Part shown: positions 49,273-57,234 of the stretch, piece after piece
How the letters are laid out: each line of letters starts with the position of its first letter
Numbering within the stretch: position 1 is the stretch's first letter
From: Nanobdellota archaeon
GTDB lineage: Archaea; Nanobdellota; Nanobdellia; Pacearchaeales; GW2011-AR1
Length of the DNA: 64,000 bases
Direction of reading: 5' to 3'
Assembly: GCA_038045705.1 (NCBI GenBank)
Contig: JBBSXO010000001.1
Span: 32,001 to 96,000, forward strand
Notes under the pieces: generated by a model
The model's database searches: none
What the model saw: only the letters and a program-made list of their open reading frames with translations
What the model was told of the DNA's origin: nothing
Program-made: the position numbers and the translations under genes

Positions 49273-49503
49273 TTAACTATATTTTTTGAAACCTATTTCC
49301 TCCGCAATTTCTCTAAAGCAATGTCTACATAAATGTAAGTCATATTGGTTCAAATGAGCACCAAATCTTCCGCAACGTTTACATTTTTGAGCAGCAATTC
49401 CAGTTTTTCGATCTTTTGGCTTGTTAAATTTCAAGAACTTTTTAGCTATAGCTGGTTTGTTTTTAATCTGTTTCAATATCTTATTCCAATCACTTGCTGT
49501 CAT
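49273..49503 (-). CDS. rps14: 30S ribosomal protein uS14 (Zn-binding)
   Basis: CKRCG...YDLHLCRHCFREIAEEIGFKKY. Confidence 0.95.
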   Translation of the reverse strand: MTASDWNKILKQIKNKPAIAKKFLKFNKPKDRKTGIAAQKCKRCGRFGAHLNQYDLHLCRHCFREIAEEIGFKKYS

Positions 49504-49504
49504 A

Positions 49505-50014
49505 TTACTCTATAATCTCCGTTTTATATGTATCCTTCATATAATCAATTATCTCTTCAGGTGTTACATGTTGTCTGCTAGGAACTTTTCCAGTTTTAAT
49601 TCTTCTTTTCTTAACTCTTAACCCTGGCCTTTCAAATACGACCGTAACATTAAATCCACGAATACCAATTTCTCTAAGATATTTCACTCCAGGTATATTG
49701 ATGTATTCAGGTATACCAAATGAGAAATTATTTTTATCTATTTGTGAGACTTTAAGTTTGTTATCAATAGCACCAAGCAATTTTCTTAATATTTCAATAG
49801 CTTCTTGATTTCTTAATGTAACATTAGTTCCCAATTCCATTTTAGGTTTAACTCCAAAAGCAGGGATTCTCATTCTAGGTCCAGACTTTGTTATTTGAGC
49901 TTTCTTTTCAGAAATTATTTCAAGCAATTTCTTTGCTTTTTCTAAATCTTTATCGATAGCACCAGCACTCAAGACAACTCTAGTTATTTTAGGGATTCTC
50001 ATTACGTTAATCAT
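49505..50014 (-). CDS. rpl5: 50S ribosomal protein uL5
   Basis: NVMRIPKI, VTLR, NFSFGIPEYI, RPGLRV. Confidence 0.95.
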   Translation of the reverse strand: MINVMRIPKITRVVLSAGAIDKDLEKAKKLLEIISEKKAQITKSGPRMRIPAFGVKPKMELGTNVTLRNQEAIEILRKLLGAIDNKLKVSQIDKNNFSFGIPEYINIPGVKYLREIGIRGFNVTVVFERPGLRVKKRRIKTGKVPSRQHVTPEEIIDYMKDTYKTEIIE

Positions 50015-50628
50015 ATTACCATAACTTGTGCTTTACTAAGCACAACGTCCTCATTGTCAAATTTAACTGTTATTTTATTTTCGGAAATGTTCTGAATGTT
50101 TCCAGACTTTCCAATATAGTTTCCAGATACCACAAAAACATCTTTTTCTTTATCAAATTTAATATATCTTATAGTTTTATTCTCATGATTCAGTATTAAT
50201 GTATCTCCAACAAAATAGTTTTTTTCAGAAGCAATATTAGTCCCATCATGCAGTGAGTATTGTAATTTCCCATTTCTTACTAGTCTCTTTCCAGTAATCT
50301 TCAATTTTCTATCTGTTTCTTCTGTTTCAACAAAAGAAAATCTTCCAGTAGGAAGCATAGTCAATAAATAAGTTTTGTCAGCATCAATAATGCAAAAAAG
50401 ACAAATTGGGTCTGTAAGATTTTTAGCAAGATTTCCATTAATCTTTATTTTTTTATTATGAATCATTCCCTTTACTTCCTTACTAGTGTTTGCAAGCTTA
50501 AGCATATCTCTTATTGCAACAACTAGTGGTACTGAATTAGAACTATTACGCATCGCGCGAGCTACATATTTAGTGCCTTTTCTTGCTAGCGGTAACGCTT
50601 TGATAACTTCACTTCGTGTTTGGTGCAT
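50011..50628 (-). CDS. rps4e: 30S ribosomal protein eS4
   Basis: SVPLVVAIRDMLKLA..KE, KING, QYSLHDGTN, VSGNYIG; likely start 50628. Confidence 0.9.
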   Translation of the reverse strand: MHQTRSEVIKALPLARKGTKYVARAMRNSSNSVPLVVAIRDMLKLANTSKEVKGMIHNKKIKINGNLAKNLTDPICLFCIIDADKTYLLTMLPTGRFSFVETEETDRKLKITGKRLVRNGKLQYSLHDGTNIASEKNYFVGDTLILNHENKTIRYIKFDKEKDVFVVSGNYIGKSGNIQNISENKITVKFDNEDVVLSKAQVMVI

Positions 50629-51037
50629 TGTTTTTTTCCTCAGATTTCTTCGACTCGCCATTGTTGCCTTTTAAAGCAATTCTGCGCAAATCATCGAGCT
50701 TCAACACAATTATTTGCAATTTACTTGGGTTGAAATACACATTTATTTTTGTCCCATCTGCCTTCTTCCTTGTGATGCCCTCAAGAGTTACTCTACCCTT
50801 GTTGACTTCGACATTTAGGACCTTAGCTTTTTGGGAAGTAAATGTTCCACGCAAAATCTTAACTTCATCTCCTGTTCTCACAGAAAGACTACGTCTTCCA
50901 TATTTTTTGCGTAGTTCCTTTGATAAAGGTGCGCTTAAAAACTTATGCTTTATATGAAGTGGAGCTTCATATCTGTATTTACGCTGTTTTCTAGCTTGAG
51001 AACTAGCTTTCCAAGATGTATTAAATTTAGTTTTCAT
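50609..51037 (-). CDS. rpl24: 50S ribosomal protein uL24
   Basis: SSQARKQRK, APLH, LSKELRKKYG, GDEVKILRG, PSKL. Confidence 0.95.
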   Translation of the reverse strand: MKTKFNTSWKASSQARKQRKYRYEAPLHIKHKFLSAPLSKELRKKYGRRSLSVRTGDEVKILRGTFTSQKAKVLNVEVNKGRVTLEGITRKKADGTKINVYFNPSKLQIIVLKLDDLRRIALKGNNGESKKSEEKNNAPNTK

Positions 51038-51038
51038 T

Positions 51039-51341
51039 TTAATCTCGATACTCCCAAAGTTCTTCTTTACCTTTAGATTCTTTTCCCCACATAAATATTA
51101 CTCTAAGGTCGTCAATTTCTCTGTCCCTAAATCTAACTTTTTCTACCATCGCTTCAACATAATCTCCATTTTGTATATGGGGGACATATTTACCAGTTAA
51201 CAAAACTTTAACTTTTCTCTCGCCAGTTCTTATGCTAAATGAAACAAAATTTCTTGGAAGACCAGATGCATGTGATTCTTTTGAATTAGAGTAGACTAAT
51301 CTTACAACTCTTCCTTCAAGATTAGTTAATTCAGGTTTCAT
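51039..51341 (-). CDS. hypothetical protein, OB-fold-like, inserted between rpl14 and rpl24
   Basis: Likely start 51341 (ATGA overlap with rpl14 stop); LEGRVVRL...FSI...VKVLLTG...IQNGDYVEA beta-strand pattern. Confidence 0.6.
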   Translation of the reverse strand: MKPELTNLEGRVVRLVYSNSKESHASGLPRNFVSFSIRTGERKVKVLLTGKYVPHIQNGDYVEAMVEKVRFRDREIDDLRVIFMWGKESKGKEELWEYRD

Positions 51342-51739
51342 AATACAAATTGAGCAATCTTTGCAACTGCTTTCCACCTTTCAAAAACTTCTTTGCTTAT
51401 CGGACCTTTAATAAAGGTGCCTTTAGGATTTCCTTTTTCATCTTTTAATAAACAAACAGCATTATCTTCAAACATTACTCTTTCTCCAGTATTTCTTTTG
51501 TAAGATTTTTTTTGTCTTATAACAATAGCATCAAAAACTTGTCCCTTCATATCAGGTTTTCCAGCACGAACAGAAACTTTAACATAATCTCCAACTTTAG
51601 CATATTGTTGTGTTCCCTTAGATGATTTTCCTTTCTTTACACCAACAATTCTAACAAGTCTAGCACCACTATTATCACTTGCAACAACAACACTTCCTAA
51701 ATTCAATCCCCTCGTTACTCTTGCAGGCATAGCTTTCAT
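51338..51739 (-). CDS. rpl14: 50S ribosomal protein uL14
   Basis: DNSGAR, VGD.VKVSV, AIVIRQKK, FEDNA, PKGT.IKGP. Confidence 0.96.
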   Translation of the reverse strand: MKAMPARVTRGLNLGSVVVASDNSGARLVRIVGVKKGKSSKGTQQYAKVGDYVKVSVRAGKPDMKGQVFDAIVIRQKKSYKRNTGERVMFEDNAVCLLKDEKGNPKGTFIKGPISKEVFERWKAVAKIAQFVL

Positions 51740-52053
51740 TTTATTTCTCCTTCAACCTTTTTTATAATTTGTATAACTACTGAATGAATCATCTTACTCA
51801 AAGGGCGACATTCCTGAACTTTAACATAATCTCCAACGTTAACTTGCATCCCAACAGGTATTCTAGAGTGAACTCTAGTTGTCTTTCTCATAAACCTTTC
51901 GTACTTAATAACTTTAACAGTCCTAGCAAATTCAACAACTGCTCTATTGTCAAATTTCTTTACAACTGTTCCTTCAAAAGTTCTCCCTCTAGTTCCAACT
52001 AAGGGTTTGTTTTCATTAACTCGCATTTTGTTTTCTGTTTTTTTGTTTGCCAT
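51736..52053 (-). CDS. rps17: 30S ribosomal protein uS17
   Basis: RGRTFEGTVV, KYERF, GDYVKVQECRPLSK; likely start 52053. Confidence 0.95.
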   Translation of the reverse strand: MANKKTENKMRVNENKPLVGTRGRTFEGTVVKKFDNRAVVEFARTVKVIKYERFMRKTTRVHSRIPVGMQVNVGDYVKVQECRPLSKMIHSVVIQIIKKVEGEIK

Positions 52054-52054
52054 T

Positions 52055-52354
52055 TTATTCCTCAATCGATTCGTCAGAGAATCCAATTTTTACTAAGATT
52101 ACTCTAACTTGTCTTTTATGATCTCCTTGAAGTTCAATGATTTGGTCTTTTATTGTACCTCCGCAAGCAAGTCCTTCTTTCAAAGATTTTGCGGTAGCTT
52201 TTAAATCAATGCCTTTGTCAAAGCCTGAAACAAGGGTGATAACCTTGCCATAACGACGTTTTTCAGTCGCTATCTTTATCTTCTGTTGGCTTTTAGCCAA
52301 GTCTTCCCAAGCAATTGTAGTAACTGGTAATCCTGTTCTTGGGTCTATTTCCAT
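52055..52354 (-). CDS. sui1: translation initiation factor aIF1 (SUI1)
   Basis: TGLP, KRRYGKVIT, LACGGT, IELQGDH. Confidence 0.95.
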   Translation of the reverse strand: MEIDPRTGLPVTTIAWEDLAKSQQKIKIATEKRRYGKVITLVSGFDKGIDLKATAKSLKEGLACGGTIKDQIIELQGDHKRQVRVILVKIGFSDESIEE

Positions 52355-52357
52355 ATT

Positions 52358-52555
52358 TTACTTTCTCTTCCCTGCAGTTTGAACCGCATTGAATGTGTGT
52401 AATCTTGCAATAGCCCTTTTTATCTCTTTTGTTTTACCTGCAGACTTTTGAGCCCCTACTTGAGATTTCATTAATTCCAATTTCAATTCCTTTAATTTTT
52501 CAGCTATATCTTTTTGATTCATTTTAGCAACGTCTTTCGCTTTCAGTAATGCCAT
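52358..52555 (-). CDS. rpl29: 50S ribosomal protein uL29
   Basis: KLKELKLELMK, KEIKRAIARLHT. Confidence 0.92.
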   Translation of the reverse strand: MALLKAKDVAKMNQKDIAEKLKELKLELMKSQVGAQKSAGKTKEIKRAIARLHTFNAVQTAGKRK

Positions 52556-53256
52556 TATTCACTAACCTCTTTCTTTTTTCGAGTTTTTTTCTTTTCAACT
52601 TTTTCAGATTCAGCAATCTTATTTGATTCAGCAATCTTATTTTGTTGTATTAATTGAAGCAAAGCATCATTAACTTTAATCTGGTCATGAATATGAGCAT
52701 TAGGTGGAAGTATACTTACCTTTATTCCAATAACTCCCATCTGAGTCCTTGCTTGAGCAGTTGCTTTATGAACTACTTTAGAAGGATCTCCTGTCTTCTT
52801 CAGATATCCTTGAGAGAATCTCCATGTCTTAGCACGATCACTAGGTAACTTACCCGATAAGGCTAGTTCAACGCCTAAAGCCCCTGCTTTCATTATGCTG
52901 TCAAGAGCCTTATAAGCAATTATCTTGAATTTCAAAGAACCTTTTCTCTCAAGTTGAATAGCAATAGAGTCAGCAACTAATTGAGCATCAAGAGCTTCAT
53001 TAGAAATTTCTTTTATATCAATGTGAGGGTTATCAAGATTAAATCTCTTCCTCAAAACAACTGTTAATTCTTCAATTTTTTCCCCTTTCTTTCCAATCAC
53101 AAGACCAGGTCTGTTTGTTGCAATGATTATTTTTTCTCCAACTGGAGTATATTCAATAGAAACATCACTAATTCTTCCCTTTCCTAAAGAATGTTTAACA
53201 TATTCTTTTATTCCAAGTTCATCTTGTTTAAATTTAACAAATTTTTTCTCTTCCAT
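52555..53256 (-). CDS. rps3: 30S ribosomal protein uS3
   Basis: RPGLVIGKKG KH domain, GALGVE..LSGKL, GYLKKTG, GVIGIKVSI. Confidence 0.96.
   Translation of the reverse strand: MEEKKFVKFKQDELGIKEYVKHSLGKGRISDVSIEYTPVGEKIIIATNRPGLVIGKKGEKIEELTVVLRKRFNLDNPHIDIKEISNEALDAQLVADSIAIQLERKGSLKFKIIAYKALDSIMKAGALGVELALSGKLPSDRAKTWRFSQGYLKKTGDPSKVVHKATAQARTQMGVIGIKVSILPPNAHIHDQIKVNDALLQLIQQNKIAESNKIAESEKVEKKKTRKKKEVSE
52607..52642. repeat. 18-bp perfect tandem duplication in the rps3 3' end
   Basis: GATTCAGCAATCTTATTT x2, encoding NKIAES-NKIAES. Confidence 0.9.
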
Positions 53257-53257
53257 T

Positions 53258-53836
53258 TTATACCTTTACCTCACGAGCTTCAATAGTAACTGAAGCTCTC
53301 TTTCCTTTTGTTCCGCCTCTCCTTTGAGGTCTAGGCGCAAAGTTAGTATAAGCAGATGATATTCTAGTCTTTGTGATGTCCATACCGTTAAACAAAACAG
53401 CTCCCTTTAAGTTCTTAAGCATAGGAATAAATATTTTTGAAGCAGCAACAGGGTATCTTCCAGACATCATATCTCCTTTTCTGTGAGGAATTTCCCCTTT
53501 GAATGGAACTGCCCTTTTCAAGATTATTACATCTTCCAAGTCAGAGATAGCCTTGTCAATATGCTTTCCTTTAATGAACGAGCAAATATAAATTCCATGT
53601 CTCTTTGAAATGTGAACACTAGCGTTCCTAACAATAGCATGATCTTTCTTAACTCTTGGTTTTTCCTTAACAACTTCTTTTTTGATTTCTATTTTCTTCC
53701 CATCATGCTTGTGCTCATGAACTTCTTTATTTTTAATTTCATGTTTATGGTCAGCATGATCATGTTTTTCTCCATCTTTATGCTCATGACTATGTTCATG
53801 TTTCTCTTCTTCCATTGTTGTTTTTTTAGTTTCCAT
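53258..53836 (-). CDS. rpl22: 50S ribosomal protein uL22 with His-rich N-terminal extension
   Basis: ISKRH..IC..IKG, AVPF, GRYPV core; likely start 53836. Confidence 0.92.
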   Translation of the reverse strand: METKKTTMEEEKHEHSHEHKDGEKHDHADHKHEIKNKEVHEHKHDGKKIEIKKEVVKEKPRVKKDHAIVRNASVHISKRHGIYICSFIKGKHIDKAISDLEDVIILKRAVPFKGEIPHRKGDMMSGRYPVAASKIFIPMLKNLKGAVLFNGMDITKTRISSAYTNFAPRPQRRGGTKGKRASVTIEAREVKV

Positions 53837-53837
53837 T

Positions 53838-54239
53838 CTACTTCTTAGCCGCCTTTGAACCTCTAGTTGCACCTATACCAGCAGCAGAGTGGTTTACCTT
53901 CTGTCTTGTCAATGCAAACTCTCCTAATCTGTGGCCAATCATTTCAATATCAACAGTAACATCTTCAAAACTTTTTCCATTATAAACTTGAATATTCATT
54001 CCAACCATCTTAGGAACAATTATCAAATCTCTCAAGTGAGTTCTAACTCTTTTTTTCCTAGATATTTTTTCTTCAGCAGATTTAATGAACTTATCTATCA
54101 TTTCAGGATGTCTTAAAACGGAACGTCTACTTCTTGCAGGCATATAATCTGAAATATCTTTCAAAGACAACGTTTTTAAGTGTTCCAAATTAAGACCACA
54201 GAATTTTCTTTCACGCATTTTTATTACTTCTTTAGCCAT
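53838..54239 (-). CDS. rps19: 30S ribosomal protein uS19
   Basis: RTHLRD.IIVP.MVG, YNGK, MIGHRLGEFALTR, GIGATRGS. Confidence 0.96.
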   Translation of the reverse strand: MAKEVIKMRERKFCGLNLEHLKTLSLKDISDYMPARSRRSVLRHPEMIDKFIKSAEEKISRKKRVRTHLRDLIIVPKMVGMNIQVYNGKSFEDVTVDIEMIGHRLGEFALTRQKVNHSAAGIGATRGSKAAKK

Positions 54240-54940
54240 TATCGCTTAGTCCTTCCTGTTCTTCTTGGTCTTAGGTGTCCTACTCTTCTCCCTGGAGGAG
54301 CGTTTCTCTTAGCAGTCTTAGATTTAATTCTCTTTCCTCTTCCAGAACCGAATGGGTGATCAATTGCGTTAGTACTTACAGCAGATATTCTAGGCCATAA
54401 TTTATTTCTTGCCTTAGCTTTGTAATGGTGAACTCCAGCTTTCATCATTGGTTTTTGCTTCCTTCCATCTCCAGCAACGACTCCAATAGTAGCCCTACAT
54501 TCTCCATCAAGTTTTAATTCATTTCTATTAGGCATAAGAACTCCTATTTTTCCATCATCATATTTTTTATAAAGCTGAGCACTACTTCCAGAAGTTCTTA
54601 TCATTTTTCCACCATCTCCAGGGTTTAATTCGATATTGTAAATCTTAGTTGATACGGGAATATCTTTTAAAGATATAACATTCCCTTTAGAAAAATCAAC
54701 CCCTCCAAAAACAACACCTTGTCCTGTTATTACTCCGTCAAAAGCTACATTATAAAAAATAGTTTTTCCAAGCTTTAACTTTATCAATGGAGCAGAATGA
54801 GCAACTGAATGTAATATCTTAATAACTTCTGCCTTTCCTGTTGCAATAGGATACCCAACTCTATAAATAAATGCCTGTTTTCTTGCTTGATAAGATAAAC
54901 TTCCCTTACCTCTTGCCTGTGAAATTATTCTTTTACCCAT
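54239..54940 (-). CDS. rpl2: 50S ribosomal protein uL2
   Basis: MGKRIISQARGKG, NIELNPGDGGK, ATIGVVAG, NAIDHPFGSG, APPGRRVG. Confidence 0.97.
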   Translation of the reverse strand: MGKRIISQARGKGSLSYQARKQAFIYRVGYPIATGKAEVIKILHSVAHSAPLIKLKLGKTIFYNVAFDGVITGQGVVFGGVDFSKGNVISLKDIPVSTKIYNIELNPGDGGKMIRTSGSSAQLYKKYDDGKIGVLMPNRNELKLDGECRATIGVVAGDGRKQKPMMKAGVHHYKAKARNKLWPRISAVSTNAIDHPFGSGRGKRIKSKTAKRNAPPGRRVGHLRPRRTGRTKR

Positions 54941-55179
54941 TAGATCATTCCTAGTTTTGTCGCGACATCAATTGCCGGATCTTCTTTAGATAGTTTAACA
55001 TAAGCATATTTTTTATTTCCACGAGTTAATGTCCTCACCTTTGCAACCTTGACTTTGAATATACTAGACACTTCCTTTGCAATCACATCCTTAGTCTCAC
55101 GTCTGTCTGTCTCAAACAATAATGTATTCTCTAAGTCTATTAATTTTACTGCTTTTTCAGATGTAATTGGTTTTAACAT
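54940..55179 (-). CDS. rpl23: 50S ribosomal protein uL23
   Basis: PITSEKA, NTLLF, KVRTL, KYAYVKL, DVATKLG. Confidence 0.95.
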   Translation of the reverse strand: MLKPITSEKAVKLIDLENTLLFETDRRETKDVIAKEVSSIFKVKVAKVRTLTRGNKKYAYVKLSKEDPAIDVATKLGMI

Positions 55180-55180
55180 A

Positions 55181-55945
55181 TTATTTTAACTCCTTTAGCG
55201 ATTGTTCCGTATATAAAGTAAGTCTTCCTAAGGGGTATAAATCTGAAATCTTTAACTCATGGGCAGATACAACATCAACACCACTCAATGATATTTTTTC
55301 ATCTTTCGATTTAACAATTAATAATCCTGCACTCGATTTATATTTTCTACTTCTCATTTTTCCTTTTCCTGAGCGTACATCCTTTTTCTGTAATGCAATC
55401 TCATATTTGTCTCCAAGCATCTTTTTTAATAATTCAATTAATTGTTTTGTTTTCATGTTTTCTGCATTTGAGACAACAAAAGGTATTTGACCAGAGAATT
55501 CATTTAGGCTCGAATACCTCTTTGAAACAAATTCTTTCTTAGCAGTAGAAGCAATAGCTGAATGTATTGCAACAGTCATTTCTTTTTCATTTATTTTCCT
55601 CTCCCTATAAAATATTTTTGGAGTATGGACTGCTCTTCCACCTCTTGCCATATTTATTTCAGCACCAACCCAATAAAATTGTTCTCCTCTTCTCCACATC
55701 GCTTTTCTAGGAGTACGAGAGATACCTTTACCATAATGCCCCTTCCACTCATGTCTTCTGTGGCTTATAGTCCCAGAAGCAGAATGTTTTCTTCCTGCAA
55801 GAGGAGAAGGTGCATAAGGGTGGAAAGTTTTGTCAGCCTCATAATACTTCAAAGCAATATCTTCTCTTATTTTTGTAGAAAAAATGCTTGGTAAATTTAT
55901 TTCATAATTTTTCTGATTCTTTAAATCATAAACATTTGATTTCAT
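55181..55945 (-). CDS. rpl4: 50S ribosomal protein uL4
   Basis: GKGISRTPR, GGRAVH, KINEKE, RSGKGKMR, GRLTLYT. Confidence 0.95.
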   Translation of the reverse strand: MKSNVYDLKNQKNYEINLPSIFSTKIREDIALKYYEADKTFHPYAPSPLAGRKHSASGTISHRRHEWKGHYGKGISRTPRKAMWRRGEQFYWVGAEINMARGGRAVHTPKIFYRERKINEKEMTVAIHSAIASTAKKEFVSKRYSSLNEFSGQIPFVVSNAENMKTKQLIELLKKMLGDKYEIALQKKDVRSGKGKMRSRKYKSSAGLLIVKSKDEKISLSGVDVVSAHELKISDLYPLGRLTLYTEQSLKELK

Positions 55946-56868
55946 ATATGCACCTCAACCATTTCTAGTTTCTTACGAGTTTGTTTTAAGCTAGGCCTCA
56001 AAGGGGTTGTTAGTAAAATCTGTCTTTTTGCAGGACCTTGAACACTCCCATGCAAAACAACATAATTTGTTTTAATATTTCCATAATTCTTAAATGGCTT
56101 CAATTTGATTTTATCTAATGCATTAGTGCTTGAAGCTAAGACTTTTAAGTTATAGTGTAAACGAGAAAACATACCTAGTTGTCCTGATAATGGGACTCTA
56201 AAAATAACTCTTGCTGGATGCCATGGACCTAAACTACCAGGTTTTCTTACTCCTTTCTCAGATTTATGCTGTTTTAAACTAATTCCAAAACGATGAACTG
56301 GACCAGAAAGACCCTTACCCTTTGTTAATCCGCGAACATCAAATAAATCTCCTTTTATGTCTGCAACAGTAATATCTTTTCCAATATAATTCTTAACAAA
56401 ATTCAACTTATCTTTTCCACCAATACCAATTTCAACCATATCAGGTGTTTTTTTTAAGTCAATTTCTTTAGGAACAGAATAAGCAATTACTCTTAGATTA
56501 TCAAAATCTTTTACTTCATCAATATTTTTAATAGGATTTTTCATAACTTTTACAATTCTTTTCAATTCTCTATCTTTAGAAACAACAATTTCAGTCATTA
56601 CTTTACCATTCTTGTAAAATCTTACGGAATATATCCTCATAGGAGGCATTTCAAGAAATGTAACTGGAACCGCCATTTTTTTCCCAGGAGTCATTGATTT
56701 AGGAGTAGAGTCTTTTACTATTGCAGTAGCCATTCCAGCTTTGTAAAAAATAAATCCTAAGAAACCTTCACCATTTATTGCATCCCAGTTAACACTAGGT
56801 AAAAATCGTTCAGCCCTTTTACGTGGCCAAAACTGCAAACTTCCATATCTCGGTCTTGATATTTTCAT
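55942..56868 (-). CDS. rpl3: 50S ribosomal protein uL3
   Basis: PRYGSLQFWPRKRA, YKAGM, TKGKG..GPV.RFG, GSLGPWHP, GSVQGP. Confidence 0.97.
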   Translation of the reverse strand: MKISRPRYGSLQFWPRKRAERFLPSVNWDAINGEGFLGFIFYKAGMATAIVKDSTPKSMTPGKKMAVPVTFLEMPPMRIYSVRFYKNGKVMTEIVVSKDRELKRIVKVMKNPIKNIDEVKDFDNLRVIAYSVPKEIDLKKTPDMVEIGIGGKDKLNFVKNYIGKDITVADIKGDLFDVRGLTKGKGLSGPVHRFGISLKQHKSEKGVRKPGSLGPWHPARVIFRVPLSGQLGMFSRLHYNLKVLASSTNALDKIKLKPFKNYGNIKTNYVVLHGSVQGPAKRQILLTTPLRPSLKQTRKKLEMVEVHI

Positions 56869-57234
56869 ATTCCATATTGTTTATGGTACAACTCTCCAAA
56901 TTTAAATATCTTAACGTTAGCAACCGTTAGATATTCAGTTCAATTTCTACTTCTATCTCTTAGAAATTGAGTATTTAAATCTTACTCATATTTCTACAAG
57001 GTTTGGATTATAGTTAACGACTTTAGTTTTTCAATTTATGAATAGCCATAATTACTAAATCGTTTTATATTAAAACCATATTCAAACCTTTCTGTCTTAT
57101 TATAAAACGATAATGGAAATAGAACAAAACGAAAGTTTCTAATTAGAATTTTTACAACAAAGCAAGCTACGAGGTATTAAACCAAAAAAATTCTATAATA
57201 AAGATTTCTTACCCAATTCTTCCAAGTCAACCGC

